Source of the DNA: Flavobacteriales bacterium
GTDB taxonomy: Bacteria > Bacteroidota > Bacteroidia > UBA10329
NCBI GenBank assembly: GCA_018402015.1
Contig: JAGYJL010000005.1
Span: forward strand, 7,499 to 71,498
Direction: 5' to 3'
Length of the DNA stretch: 64,000 nt
Notes under the pieces: generated by a model
What the model was told of the DNA's origin: nothing
The model's input: only the letters and a program-made list of their open reading frames with translations
The model's database searches: none
Part shown: positions 27,167-37,892 of the stretch, piece by piece
How the letters are laid out: each line of letters starts with the position of its first letter
How positions within the stretch are numbered: the first letter of the stretch is position 1
Program-made: the position numbers and the translations under genes

Positions 27167-30100
27167 GTGAAAAGACTTTTACTCCTCCTCATTACCATAT
27201 TCACTTTCGGGATTCAACAAAGCTCTGCTACCCATATAGTAGGTGGCGAATTGGTATACACATATCTTGGTGCCAGCCAGTACGCTGTTACTCTTGTTGT
27301 TTATAGAGACTGCCTTGGCGGTCAGGCTGCATTCGACAATCCTGCCAATGTGGGTATTTTCGGTGCCAACGGAAATCTGGTTCAGAATCTTAACTTCTCG
27401 TTGGATTCTGTGGTCACCATACAATCCAGCATCAATTCCAGTTGCGTAGTTGCTCCAAACAATGTTTGTACAGAAGCAGGTTACTATACGGAGATAGTTA
27501 CCCTTCCTCCAGTAATTGGCGGTTACACTATTGCGTATCAACGTTGCTGTAGAAATGCCGTAGTTCAGAATATTACCGATCCAGGAGATGTAGGTGCTAC
27601 CTACGTGGCAACTATTCCGGGTAGTGAGTCGCAGCCTGCAAACTCAAGCCCGTTCTGGTCTCAATTACCACCGCTTTACGTGTGTGTCAATCTTCCTTTT
27701 CAGTTCAATCATTCTGCTTTTGATCAAGATGGCGATTCGTTGGTTTACTCCCTTTGCACACCATACGAAGGAGCAAGTTCTGGTGCACCGCAACCCGATC
27801 CTCCAGCTGCCCCACCTTACACTCAAATAACTTGGGAACCACCGTACTCTCTTACCGATATGATGGGCGGACCAGTACCATTGACCATCAACTCAGTTAC
27901 TGGTCAGATCAACGCAACGGCAGATGCTGTAGGAACTTATGTGATCGGTCTTTGTGTACGTGAGTACCGAAATGGTGTTCTCTTAGGGGAGACCAGAAGA
28001 GGGATTCAGGTGAATGTGGTTAATTGCCAAGCACCGGTTGCGATTCCTGATGACGTGAATGAAATAAGTCCCAACTCCTTCATTAACTGTACAGAGTTCG
28101 TAGAATTCAATGCGTTCAATTCTGCTGGATTTGATATCTGGTGGGATTTTGGTGACCCTACCACTACAGCGGATCAAGCAACTACGCAATCTACATCTTG
28201 GACCTATCCTGGACCCGGAACTTATGACCTGACTCTGGTTGTTTATAATCCGATCAATCCTAACGACCCATTATGTACCGATACCGTTGTGCAGCAGGTA
28301 GTAGTTCAGGATACGGTCATTCCAGACGCAGGACCCGATCAGGCAACTTGCCCTGGAATACCTGTTCAGTTAGGTACGGCTCCAATACCGGGTTGGACAT
28401 ACCAATGGAGTCCTTCAACAGGTCTTGATAATCCAAATATTGCTCAACCAACAGCTACCATAACGGGGCCTATCACGTACACGCTTACCGCTTCAGATGC
28501 GGTTGGTTGTACTGGTTCTGATGAAGTGAATATCACGCTTCTGTCAAATGCAAATGCAGACGCTGGCCCGGATGTACAGGTCTGTTCTGGAGATTCCGTT
28601 CAGTTGAATGCTACTGGTGGTGTTGACTACCTATGGATTCCGAATCTGTTCATCGATAACGTCAACATCTCCAACCCGAACGTTTACCCTATTACTACAC
28701 AACCATACATTGTTGCAGTTACCAATTCTGATGGGTGTATCGGAATTGATACGGTAATTGTTGAGGTTCTTTCACCACAACTTACCGTTTCTGCAGACGA
28801 GACCATTTGTTTTGGCGATACCACGCAATTGTCTGCAAGTGGTGCCAATACTTACATATGGTCGCCCAACACCGATATCTCAAATATTAATGTTGCAGAC
28901 CCATTGGTTTGGCCAACTGTAACCACCACGTATTTGGTAGATGCTGTGGATGCCAATGGTTGCGAATTGCAAGGTCCTGTTGTCGTCACGGTTCAAGCTT
29001 TACCTGTAGCTGATGCTGGCCCGGATGCATCTGTTTGTGATGGAGAATCCATCCAATTGAGCGCTTCAGGTGGTACGAACTACACTTGGACTCCAAGTGG
29101 AACACTTAGTAACCCATCCGTTGCTAACCCTATTGCAACACCTACTGCCAATACGGTCTACACCGTCACAGTTTCAGATCAGTTAGGATGCGAGAATGTT
29201 GATTCGGTTGCAATAACGGTTGATCCACTGCCAGTGGCTGATGCAGGTGCGGACGGAATCGTTTGTAATGGAATTGGAGTTCAATTGAATGCTTCTGGTG
29301 GTTCTACCTATTCTTGGTCTCCTGTTATTGGTCTTTCCGATGCTAGTATTTCCAATCCCATTGCGTTGCCAGCTGTTCCTACATCGTACGTTGTCACGGT
29401 AACAGATGCAAACTCATGTACTGCTTCGGATACTGTTTTTGTCGACATTTTTACTGTGGATGCAATTGGAGATACGATTATCTGTATTGACGATGCGGCA
29501 CAATTGGGTGTACTGGGAGGTACAAGCTGGACATGGTCACCAGCCACTGGGCTTTCCGATTCGAATGCGCAATTCCCAACTGCGAATCCAACTACAACAA
29601 CGGTTTACACCGTTCTTGCCGATGATGGAACAGGCTGTCTTGCAACAGATTCTGTTGTGGTTGTGGTCAATCCACTTCCAACGGCCTTTGCTGGTTTTGA
29701 TCAAGGAGTTTGTGCGGGAAGTACAGCTCAGTTGAATGCAACTGGAGGTGTTAGTTACCAATGGACGCCTGCGGCTGGTTTGAGCAATCCGAACATCTCG
29801 AGTCCAGTTGTCACTTTCAGTTCAGATACAGTTACATATGTCGTAATAGTAGCGGATGCCATCGGATGTGTTAATTCAGATACAGTAACGGTTTGGCAAG
29901 AGCCTTTGCCTGATGCGATTGCTGGTCCAGATACAACGATATGTTTCGGGCAGAGCGTTCAACTGTTCTCAGGTGGAGGTGAAACCTACATCTGGGATCC
30001 TACAACAGGATTGAACAATCCGAACATTCAGAATCCAGTTGCATCTCCCGCAACCACTACTACTTACACGGTAACTGTTGGACAAACAACGGGCAATCTC

Positions 30101-32056
30101 GTGTTCAACGGAGATTTCTCACTAGGTAACGTTGGCTTCGGAAGCGATTACACTTATGCCACTAACCTGATTCCTGAGGCCTTATACAGTGTTGTTACAG
30201 ATGCAGGTGATGTGCATCCAGCGTTTGTCGGTACAGGACACACAGGTAATGCTCCTGTAGATAGCTTCTTAGTGGTAAATGGTGCTGGCACGCCAAATCA
30301 GAACGTCTGGTGTCAAACGGTATCCGTATCTCCAAATACGGATTATTACTTCGGGGCATGGGTAAGTACTGTTGTGGCCAGCAGTCCTGCAATTCTTCAG
30401 TTCTCCATTAATGGTCAGGTTTTAGGAACTCCGTTCAATGCACCTTTTAATACCAATAACTGGTCTCAGTTCTTTGAAGTTTGGAATTCAGGAACAGCTA
30501 CCACAGCTACCATCTGCGTGGTCAATCAGAACACTAATACTGGAGGAAACGATTTTGCCATTGATGACATTACGTTCAGCACCTTCTGTACCAATACCGC
30601 AGAAGTTACTGTAACCGTCAACCCGCTTCCTGTTGCCGATGCTGGTGAGGATCAATCTATTTGTATAGGTGATGTAACACAATTGGAAGGTGCTGGTGGG
30701 GTAACATATCAATGGGTTCCTCCGATAGGGTTGACAAACCCAGCTGATCCGAATACAGATGCATCCCCAGTTATCACGACCACCTACACACTTATTGTGG
30801 AGGACAATATTGGTTGTTCAGCTACGGATCAAATGACCTTAACTGTCAATCCATTGCCTGCTGCAAACGCTGGTCCGAATCAAGAACTTTGTATCGGAGA
30901 AAGCGTGGTGCTCCAAGGTTCTGGGGGTATAGATTACGTTTGGACGCCAGGAACCTACTTGGATGATGCTACTGCTCAGCTTCCTATTTCTACGCCCGAT
31001 CAGACCATTACCTACACTGTTACTGTAACAGATCTTAATGCTTGTGTCAATAGTGATGTGGTAACAGTTACCGTTAATCCGTTGCCTGTTGTAGACGCAG
31101 GATTAGATAGTATGATCTGCGCTAACGGAAGTTTAGTGCTTCAAGGATCTGGTGCAGCTACATATATATGGAGTCCGTTAGTAGGTCTAAGTGATCCCCA
31201 AAGTGCCACCCCAACTGCATCACCTCTGGAACCAACAACTTACTTCGTAACCGGAACAGACGTAAATGGTTGTGTGAATTCAGATTCCGTCAACATCACC
31301 ATTTTCGGTGTAACAGCAGGTCCGGATAGCGTTATATGTTTGAATGATAGCGTTCAAGCTTTTGTGAGTGGCGGCTCAACCTTTAGCTGGAGTCCTTCTG
31401 AAGGTGTAAGCGATACGGCTTCAGCATCGCCATTCCTTATTCCGTCTGTTGGTACAGATTATACGGTAACGGTGATAAGTGAGTATGGATGTGAGGCTTC
31501 TGCTGATGTTAGTATTGGTATTCTTACACTGCCTGTTTCTGCTTTTACTGCAGATTTTGAACCGAGTTGTGATGGCATCTACGCGGATTTCAATAATGAC
31601 TCTGAAAATTCGGAGACCTACTACTGGAGCTTTGGAGACGGAACTACTTCAACCGAGTTTGAGCCAACCCACACCTACGAGCCAGGACAGGGAAATGTCG
31701 TTACCCTCATTACTTACAATAATGACAGTCTTTGTGTCGATTCATTCACCGTAGATTATACCGGTCAATGGTTCGGAAACGACTCTATTGATATCAATTA
31801 CAGTAATGTATTTACTCCAAATTTCGATGGTATCAATGATTGCTTCCGACCAGGTTTTGATGGACGATTCAGCGATTGTTACCAGTTGCAGGTATTTAAC
31901 CGTTGGGGAGCGTTGATCTACGAATCTACTGGTGGGCAGAACCATTGTTGGGATGGCTACACCAAAGGAGGAAAGCGTTGTGATGAAGGAACGTACTATT
32001 ACATCGTATCTTTAAAGGGATACGAGAATCATGGATACGTCACACTTATTTATTAG
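27167..32056 (+). CDS. Giant cell-surface protein (1629 aa) with an N-terminal conserved domain, about 16 Ig-like ~80-aa repeats, one inserted non-repeat β-sandwich-like domain, and a T9SS type-B (CHU_C, gliding-motility-associated) C-terminal domain
   Basis: The signal peptide is MKRLLLLLITIFTFGIQQSSA. Repeats follow DAGPDxxxCxGxxVQLxAxGGxxYxWxPxxGLSxxxxxNPxAxPxxTTxYxVTVTD.NGC. The C-terminus (VFTPNFDGINDCF...VFNRWGALIYES...CWDG...GTYYYIVSL) is the CHU_C signature. Confidence 0.85.
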   Translation: MKRLLLLLITIFTFGIQQSSATHIVGGELVYTYLGASQYAVTLVVYRDCLGGQAAFDNPANVGIFGANGNLVQNLNFSLDSVVTIQSSINSSCVVAPNNVCTEAGYYTEIVTLPPVIGGYTIAYQRCCRNAVVQNITDPGDVGATYVATIPGSESQPANSSPFWSQLPPLYVCVNLPFQFNHSAFDQDGDSLVYSLCTPYEGASSGAPQPDPPAAPPYTQITWEPPYSLTDMMGGPVPLTINSVTGQINATADAVGTYVIGLCVREYRNGVLLGETRRGIQVNVVNCQAPVAIPDDVNEISPNSFINCTEFVEFNAFNSAGFDIWWDFGDPTTTADQATTQSTSWTYPGPGTYDLTLVVYNPINPNDPLCTDTVVQQVVVQDTVIPDAGPDQATCPGIPVQLGTAPIPGWTYQWSPSTGLDNPNIAQPTATITGPITYTLTASDAVGCTGSDEVNITLLSNANADAGPDVQVCSGDSVQLNATGGVDYLWIPNLFIDNVNISNPNVYPITTQPYIVAVTNSDGCIGIDTVIVEVLSPQLTVSADETICFGDTTQLSASGANTYIWSPNTDISNINVADPLVWPTVTTTYLVDAVDANGCELQGPVVVTVQALPVADAGPDASVCDGESIQLSASGGTNYTWTPSGTLSNPSVANPIATPTANTVYTVTVSDQLGCENVDSVAITVDPLPVADAGADGIVCNGIGVQLNASGGSTYSWSPVIGLSDASISNPIALPAVPTSYVVTVTDANSCTASDTVFVDIFTVDAIGDTIICIDDAAQLGVLGGTSWTWSPATGLSDSNAQFPTANPTTTTVYTVLADDGTGCLATDSVVVVVNPLPTAFAGFDQGVCAGSTAQLNATGGVSYQWTPAAGLSNPNISSPVVTFSSDTVTYVVIVADAIGCVNSDTVTVWQEPLPDAIAGPDTTICFGQSVQLFSGGGETYIWDPTTGLNNPNIQNPVASPATTTTYTVTVGQTTGNLVFNGDFSLGNVGFGSDYTYATNLIPEALYSVVTDAGDVHPAFVGTGHTGNAPVDSFLVVNGAGTPNQNVWCQTVSVSPNTDYYFGAWVSTVVASSPAILQFSINGQVLGTPFNAPFNTNNWSQFFEVWNSGTATTATICVVNQNTNTGGNDFAIDDITFSTFCTNTAEVTVTVNPLPVADAGEDQSICIGDVTQLEGAGGVTYQWVPPIGLTNPADPNTDASPVITTTYTLIVEDNIGCSATDQMTLTVNPLPAANAGPNQELCIGESVVLQGSGGIDYVWTPGTYLDDATAQLPISTPDQTITYTVTVTDLNACVNSDVVTVTVNPLPVVDAGLDSMICANGSLVLQGSGAATYIWSPLVGLSDPQSATPTASPLEPTTYFVTGTDVNGCVNSDSVNITIFGVTAGPDSVICLNDSVQAFVSGGSTFSWSPSEGVSDTASASPFLIPSVGTDYTVTVISEYGCEASADVSIGILTLPVSAFTADFEPSCDGIYADFNNDSENSETYYWSFGDGTTSTEFEPTHTYEPGQGNVVTLITYNNDSLCVDSFTVDYTGQWFGNDSIDINYSNVFTPNFDGINDCFRPGFDGRFSDCYQLQVFNRWGALIYESTGGQNHCWDGYTKGGKRCDEGTYYYIVSLKGYENHGYVTLIY

Positions 32057-32066
32057 ACATACAGAT

Positions 32067-35000
32067 ATGAAAGAAAAGAGCCCGTTCAGATCGGTGCTCT
32101 TTGTTCTTTTTCTTGCTTTTGCTTTTTCGTCCAGCGCGGAGAATAAGCCTAAGTTCATTGAGAACAAAGGGCAGTTTCCAACTCAAGTGGAGTTTAAGTT
32201 ACGCGTGGCAAATGCAGATGTCTATTTCGAGCGAGATAGGCTGACCTTCAACTTTTTCAATTCAGAGCTTATTCATCAGCACGAAGAGGTTCATAAACAT
32301 AGTTCCGCCACGGGACATGCGTATGCCGTGTTTTTCGAAGGAGCTAATCCAGATGCTCAGGTGGTTTCTAGCGGGCTAACTTACCCTGATAAGATTAACT
32401 ACATCAGAAAGGATAAATCTGTAGCCGGAGTTCAATCTTTTGACCAATTAGTTTATGATGAATTGTACGAGGGGATTGATTTGCTTTACTACGGCAAGAA
32501 TGGCGACCTGAAGTATGATGTGCGTATTGATGCGGGAGCAGATGTTAGTGCACTGCAGATGAGGTATGAAGGCGTTAATCAAATCAAACTTCAGACTGGA
32601 AAGCTCATTGTTTCCAACACCTTCAATACTATTACGGAATACATCCCTTTGGCGTATCAGATTGCAAACGGGGCACAAGTAAAAGTAGATTGTGAGTATA
32701 AGCTCGAAGGGCAAACAGTAAGTTTTGAATTTCCTGATGGTTATGATGAAACCAAAGAGTTAATCATCGATCCGACACTTATCTTTTCATCGTACACAGG
32801 GTCAACGGCAAATAATTTTGGGTTTACCGCCACCTATGACGAGGATGGAGCACTTTACGGAGGAGGAATTGCGTTTGCTGAAATAGGAAATTCGTACCCA
32901 ACAACAACGGGGGCTTATTCTTTAATCAACTCAGGTCTTGTTGATATGGCAATCTCGAAGTTTGTTCCTGATGGAACATCGCTTGAGTATTCAACATACA
33001 TTGGAGGCGCAAGCTGCGAAGCTCCGCATAGTATGATTGTAAATAACCAAGGTCAGCTAGTAATTTTAGGTAGTACCAGCTCTTTGGATTTTCCTACCTC
33101 TGTTTCTGCGTTCGATAGCGATTTTAATGGCGGAACAGCAGTAAACTACACGGCTAACGGAACCAATTTTGAGAACGGTTCGGACATAGTTGTTGCAGTA
33201 TTAAGTGCTGATGGAACGACCTTAGTAGGCTCTACTTATTTAGGAGGTTCGCTCAATGATGGCTTGAATGAAGACGCTACGCTCAGCTATAATTACGGTG
33301 ATATCTTCCGTGGTGAAGTAATTGTTGATTCTCAAGACAATATCTACATCGCATCGAGTACGGTTTCATCAGATTTCCCAGTAACCTCTGGTGCAATTGA
33401 CCAAACCTTGGGAGGAACTCAAGATGCGTGTCTGGCCAAGTTCAATGCAGATGTTTCTGTACTAGAATGGTGCACATACGTTGGTGGTTCATCTGCTGAT
33501 GCGGGGTATTCCATGAAGATCAATTCCAATAATGAGATCTATCTGGCTGGTGGTACAACCAGTTTGGACCTTTTGGTAGATGCAGGAGCCCTCTTCAATA
33601 CCTATGAGGGAGGTACTGCAGATGGATTTGTTTATCGTTTTTCAAACGATGGGAATACACTTATCAGCAGTACCTACATCGGTACATCGGGTTATGATCA
33701 GAGCTATTTCGTGGAGGTAGATGATGACGATGATATTTACGTTTATGGTCAATCAACAGGAGCTTACCCCGTAACAAGCGGTACATATTCCAATACAAAT
33801 GGAAAACAGTTCATTCAGAAGATAACGCCAGATCTAACTACTTCAATCTATTCAACGGTTTTTGGAAGTGGAGCCTCCGCAATTAATATTTCGCCAACGG
33901 CCTTTTTGGTAGATATATGCGAGCGTGTGTTTGTATCTGGTTGGGGTGGTGGCACCAATAATAGTTGGAACACTGCTACGGGAAATACAGTTGGCTTGCC
34001 GGTTACCACCGATGGCGTGCAACAGACAACCGATGGCAGCGATTTCTACTTCATGGTTTTAGAGGCAGACGCTACGGCATTACTCTATGGTTCTTATTTC
34101 GGTGGAAACGGAATTCAGGAACACGTAGATGGCGGAACAAGTCGATTCAACGAGAATGGCGTCATTCATCAAGCGGCTTGCGCGGGTTGTGGAGGAAGTG
34201 ATGCTTTTCCAACAACACCGGGAGCGGTTTCCAACATCAACGGAAACAGCTGTAATCTAGGAGTAGTAAAACTCGATCTGGAGATAACTGCTGTTCAGGT
34301 AGAGATTTCTGGAAACGGAACAGAACAGGGTTGCGTGCCTTTTGCCGTGCAGTTCGAATCCGATCTCGTCAATGCCAGTAGCTTCATTTGGTATTTCGGA
34401 GATGGAGATACGTCTTCTGTAGCGAATCCGGGGCATATTTACACTGATCCGGGAGTTTACGAGGTTATGTTGATCGGTACAGATACATCATTCTGTACTG
34501 GCGAAGCTTTCACTGATACTGCTTTCGTAACAATAACGGTCAGTCTGCTTACCGATGCTGCAGAAGCGGGTATTGGCGGCAACCTTTGTCCTGGCGAATC
34601 GGTACAATTAGGAGACAGCGCCATTCCAGGATATTCCTACAGTTGGAGCCCATCAACTGGCCTGTCCGATCCAACCTCAGCACAACCCGTTGCAGCCCCT
34701 GATGAAGACACTCAGTACTACCTTACTATAACGAATGCGGATAATTGTGAAGACGTTGATTCTGTTCTTGTTACGGTTTTTAGCATTGCGGCTTTCCCAG
34801 ATACCACAATATGCGCCAACGATAGTGTTCAGGTGCAGGTTTTAGGAGGTTCCACTTTCTCATGGAGTCCAGTAGATGGAGTTAGTGACCCAACCATTTC
34901 GAATCCATACATAACAGCGGGATTCGCCAATCTATACACGGTAACAGCTTCTGATGGAACTTGTCAGGATACGGCCAATATCATTTTAGGCTTTCAGCCA

Positions 35001-35528
35001 GCGCCAACGGTGGCCTTTGATGTGGAAATAAGCCAGAGTTGTTTGGGCGATTCGGTTCGTTTTATCAATCTATCCGAAGGTGCCGATAGCTACAGTTGGA
35101 ATATTGGCGGAATGGAATCCTCGGAATTTGAACCCGTCATGTTGTTCGAACCAGGTGATGGTCCGTTAGTAACGCTAACTGCTTTCAACAATGCTGGAGA
35201 GTGTTCAGATTCAACCAGCATTGATTACATGAACGGTTGGTATAACGAAGATTCTGTGCTGGTATCCTACCCCAATGTTATTACACCGAATGGCGATGGA
35301 GTCAATGATTGCTTTCAGCCTGATTTTCATGGAGACCTAGATGAATGTTTTACGCTGAAAGTTTTTAGCCGCTGGGGAAGATTGCTCTATGATTCTGAAA
35401 AGATGGGAGGTACTTGTTGGGATGGAACGCAGCGAACCGATGATCTTGTATCCGAAGGCACGTATTATTACATAGCTACCGTTCGTGGCATAGATCATGC
35501 AGGGTTTCTCACGGTAATTTACGAATGA
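32067..35528 (+). CDS. Giant cell-surface protein (~1150 aa) with SBBP-type β-propeller repeats, Ig-like/PKD repeats and a T9SS type-B (CHU_C) C-terminal domain
   Basis: The signal peptide is MKEKSPFRSVLFVLFLAFAFSSSA. The N-terminal FIENKGQF...YFERDRLTFNF domain and repeated YxTYxGGS...D / DxxGNIYxxGxTxSxDFP units are β-propeller-like. The C-terminus is YPNVITPNGDGVNDCF...VFSRWGRLLYDS...CWDG...GTYYYIATV. The track ORF starts at 32031 and overlaps the previous gene; the signal-peptide Met at 32067 is more plausible. Confidence 0.8.
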   Translation: MKEKSPFRSVLFVLFLAFAFSSSAENKPKFIENKGQFPTQVEFKLRVANADVYFERDRLTFNFFNSELIHQHEEVHKHSSATGHAYAVFFEGANPDAQVVSSGLTYPDKINYIRKDKSVAGVQSFDQLVYDELYEGIDLLYYGKNGDLKYDVRIDAGADVSALQMRYEGVNQIKLQTGKLIVSNTFNTITEYIPLAYQIANGAQVKVDCEYKLEGQTVSFEFPDGYDETKELIIDPTLIFSSYTGSTANNFGFTATYDEDGALYGGGIAFAEIGNSYPTTTGAYSLINSGLVDMAISKFVPDGTSLEYSTYIGGASCEAPHSMIVNNQGQLVILGSTSSLDFPTSVSAFDSDFNGGTAVNYTANGTNFENGSDIVVAVLSADGTTLVGSTYLGGSLNDGLNEDATLSYNYGDIFRGEVIVDSQDNIYIASSTVSSDFPVTSGAIDQTLGGTQDACLAKFNADVSVLEWCTYVGGSSADAGYSMKINSNNEIYLAGGTTSLDLLVDAGALFNTYEGGTADGFVYRFSNDGNTLISSTYIGTSGYDQSYFVEVDDDDDIYVYGQSTGAYPVTSGTYSNTNGKQFIQKITPDLTTSIYSTVFGSGASAINISPTAFLVDICERVFVSGWGGGTNNSWNTATGNTVGLPVTTDGVQQTTDGSDFYFMVLEADATALLYGSYFGGNGIQEHVDGGTSRFNENGVIHQAACAGCGGSDAFPTTPGAVSNINGNSCNLGVVKLDLEITAVQVEISGNGTEQGCVPFAVQFESDLVNASSFIWYFGDGDTSSVANPGHIYTDPGVYEVMLIGTDTSFCTGEAFTDTAFVTITVSLLTDAAEAGIGGNLCPGESVQLGDSAIPGYSYSWSPSTGLSDPTSAQPVAAPDEDTQYYLTITNADNCEDVDSVLVTVFSIAAFPDTTICANDSVQVQVLGGSTFSWSPVDGVSDPTISNPYITAGFANLYTVTASDGTCQDTANIILGFQPAPTVAFDVEISQSCLGDSVRFINLSEGADSYSWNIGGMESSEFEPVMLFEPGDGPLVTLTAFNNAGECSDSTSIDYMNGWYNEDSVLVSYPNVITPNGDGVNDCFQPDFHGDLDECFTLKVFSRWGRLLYDSEKMGGTCWDGTQRTDDLVSEGTYYYIATVRGIDHAGFLTVIYE

Positions 35529-36247
35529 GATATCTGTTAATTTTCTTCCTTTCTGTGCTTGGAGTCAATGTCTTAGCACAATCCAGCAATTCGCTCGACC
35601 ATATAATGGGCAAGGTGAGTTTTGCCGAAGATGATCGATTCAGTCTGATACCAACCTCCATAGCCAATAAAGAAGGAATGTATATGCGCACAGAGGCATT
35701 GGCGGCATTTCAGAAAATGAGAAAAGCTGCAGCCGAAGATGGAATTACGCTTCGAATCATGTCTGCTGCGCGATCATTCGACCATCAAAAAAGAATTTGG
35801 GAAGGTAAATGGAACGGAACGAGATTGGTTGAAGGGAAGAATATGAAAACCACTTTCTCAGATCCTACAGAACGCGCTCGTTACATCATGAAATACAGTT
35901 CAATGCCGGGTACTTCAAGACACCATTGGGGAACAGATATCGACATCAATTCTTTTAATCCCGAATACTTTGATTCTGGAAAAGGAGCAAAGGAGTACCA
36001 ATGGTTGGTTGATAACGCTCACAAGTTCGGTTTTTGCCAAACTTATACCGAAAAAGGCAAGGAGCGCCCAGATGGTTACGAAGAAGAAAAGTGGCATTGG
36101 ACATATCTTCCTATTGCCGAACCGTTGTTGATGTTTTTCAGGAAGAATGTTACAGCTGAGGACATACAAGGCTTTGATGGAGCTGGTAGCGTTCCGTTTG
36201 ACGAAGTGAAGAAGTACGTTTTCGGTATATCCAAGGAATGCCAATAA
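35525..36247 (+). CDS. M15-family D-Ala-D-Ala carboxypeptidase (VanY-like, M15B/C) with a signal peptide
   Basis: SAARSFDHQ and SRHHWGTDIDIN (zinc-binding HxxxxxxD...H arrangement of peptidase M15). Its start overlaps the stop of the preceding giant gene (ATGA). Confidence 0.8.
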   Translation: MRYLLIFFLSVLGVNVLAQSSNSLDHIMGKVSFAEDDRFSLIPTSIANKEGMYMRTEALAAFQKMRKAAAEDGITLRIMSAARSFDHQKRIWEGKWNGTRLVEGKNMKTTFSDPTERARYIMKYSSMPGTSRHHWGTDIDINSFNPEYFDSGKGAKEYQWLVDNAHKFGFCQTYTEKGKERPDGYEEEKWHWTYLPIAEPLLMFFRKNVTAEDIQGFDGAGSVPFDEVKKYVFGISKECQ

Positions 36248-36328
36248 CTGGCGTAAATCGTTAGTAACTGCTTGAATAATTCAGGTTTCCGAATTGTAGA
36301 CACCTTTTTGAAAGGATAACTTTGCCTT

Positions 36329-37873
36329 TTGAAAATCCAGTTGATGCAGCAAACAATCCTGATCCTTGATTTCGGTTCGCAATACACACAATTGATTGCC
36401 CGTAGGGTACGCGAACTGAATGTTTATTGTGAAATCCACCCATTCAATAAGATTCCGGAACTGACCGGAGACATAAAAGGTGTGATCCTTTCCGGAAGTC
36501 CATCCTCCGTGCGGCAAGAAGGCGCGCCCACGCCCGATCTTTCAAATATCCGAGGCAAGTTGCCATTATTGGGTGTCTGTTATGGAGCACAGTACTTATC
36601 ATTTGCCAATGGCGGAAACGTGGAAGCTTCCGATTCGAGAGAATATGGTCGTTCCAACCTTTCGTTCTCAGATGGTTCTAACGAATTGATGAGAGGAGTT
36701 CCTGAAACATCTCAAGTTTGGATGTCTCATGGAGATACCATTACAGCTTTGCCAACCGGAGCTAAGATCATTGGAAGCACCAAGGACGTGCAGGTGGCAG
36801 CTTTCTGTTTCGAAGGCGAGAAAACATACGGTATTCAGTTTCACCCCGAAGTAACCCACTCGATTGATGGGTTAACGCTACTACGCAACTTTGTGGTCGG
36901 CATTTGCGGTTGTGATCAATCTCACACGGCCGATTCGTTCATAGATAGCACTGTTTCTCAGCTCAAAGCACAGCTCGGAAACGATAAGGTGGTACTAGGT
37001 CTTTCGGGTGGAGTTGACAGCAGCGTTGCCGCCATGCTTCTTTCTAAGGCAATTGGCAATAACCTGTATTGCATTTTTGTGGATAATGGCCTGTTGCGCA
37101 AGAATGAGTTTGAAACAGTTCTACAAACGTATCAAGGACTTGGTTTGAATGTAAAAGGCGTAGATTCCAAAGCCGAATTTCTTGGCGATCTTGCTGGTGT
37201 TTCAGACCCAGAGACCAAACGAAAGATCATCGGTCGCGTTTTCATTGAAGTGTTCGACAAAGAAGCGCACCTCATAGAAGATGTGAAGTGGTTGGCGCAA
37301 GGAACGATCTACCCAGATGTAATCGAGTCTGTTTCGGTAAATGGTCCATCCGCAACAATCAAGTCGCACCACAATGTGGGCGGGTTGCCAGAAAGGATGA
37401 AATTGAAGGTTGTTGAACCTTTGAAAACCTTGTTCAAAGATGAGGTACGAGAGGTTGGAAAACATCTTGGCTTGCCTGAGCGCTTGTTGGGGCGTCATCC
37501 ATTCCCTGGCCCAGGTTTAGCCATTAGGATATTAGGCGATATCACACCAGAGAAAGTCAGAATTCTTCAAGAGGTCGATTCCATTTTTATAAATGGATTG
37601 CTGGAACATGATCTTTACGATGAGGTTTGGCAGGCCGGAGCCATTTTCTTACCCGTTAATTCTGTTGGAGTAATGGGCGATGAACGTACCTACGAGAATG
37701 CTGTCTGTCTTCGCGCTGTTACTTCTCGTGATGGAATGACTGCCGATTGGTGTCATCTTCCTTACGAGTTCTTGGCCAAGATATCCAACGAGATCATCAA
37801 TAAGGTAAGAGGCATCAACAGAGTGGTTTATGACATATCTTCAAAGCCACCTGCAACAATAGAATGGGAATAA
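36329..37873 (+). CDS. guaA: GMP synthase (glutamine-hydrolysing). The true start may be the second Met, at 36344.
   Basis: [42 protein letters not shown] and the C-terminal IEWE. Confidence 0.95.
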   Translation: MKIQLMQQTILILDFGSQYTQLIARRVRELNVYCEIHPFNKIPELTGDIKGVILSGSPSSVRQEGAPTPDLSNIRGKLPLLGVCYGAQYLSFANGGNVEASDSREYGRSNLSFSDGSNELMRGVPETSQVWMSHGDTITALPTGAKIIGSTKDVQVAAFCFEGEKTYGIQFHPEVTHSIDGLTLLRNFVVGICGCDQSHTADSFIDSTVSQLKAQLGNDKVVLGLSGGVDSSVAAMLLSKAIGNNLYCIFVDNGLLRKNEFETVLQTYQGLGLNVKGVDSKAEFLGDLAGVSDPETKRKIIGRVFIEVFDKEAHLIEDVKWLAQGTIYPDVIESVSVNGPSATIKSHHNVGGLPERMKLKVVEPLKTLFKDEVREVGKHLGLPERLLGRHPFPGPGLAIRILGDITPEKVRILQEVDSIFINGLLEHDLYDEVWQAGAIFLPVNSVGVMGDERTYENAVCLRAVTSRDGMTADWCHLPYEFLAKISNEIINKVRGINRVVYDISSKPPATIEWE

Positions 37874-37892
37874 TGCTTGTTTAGCATTCTGC

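Noticed and set aside
36248-36343. Riboswitch candidates upstream of guaA (purine) and queE (preQ1)
   Set aside because: The leaders are short (about 95 nt and 26 nt). I could not find the conserved P1/J-junction or preQ1 pseudoknot-like motifs by eye.
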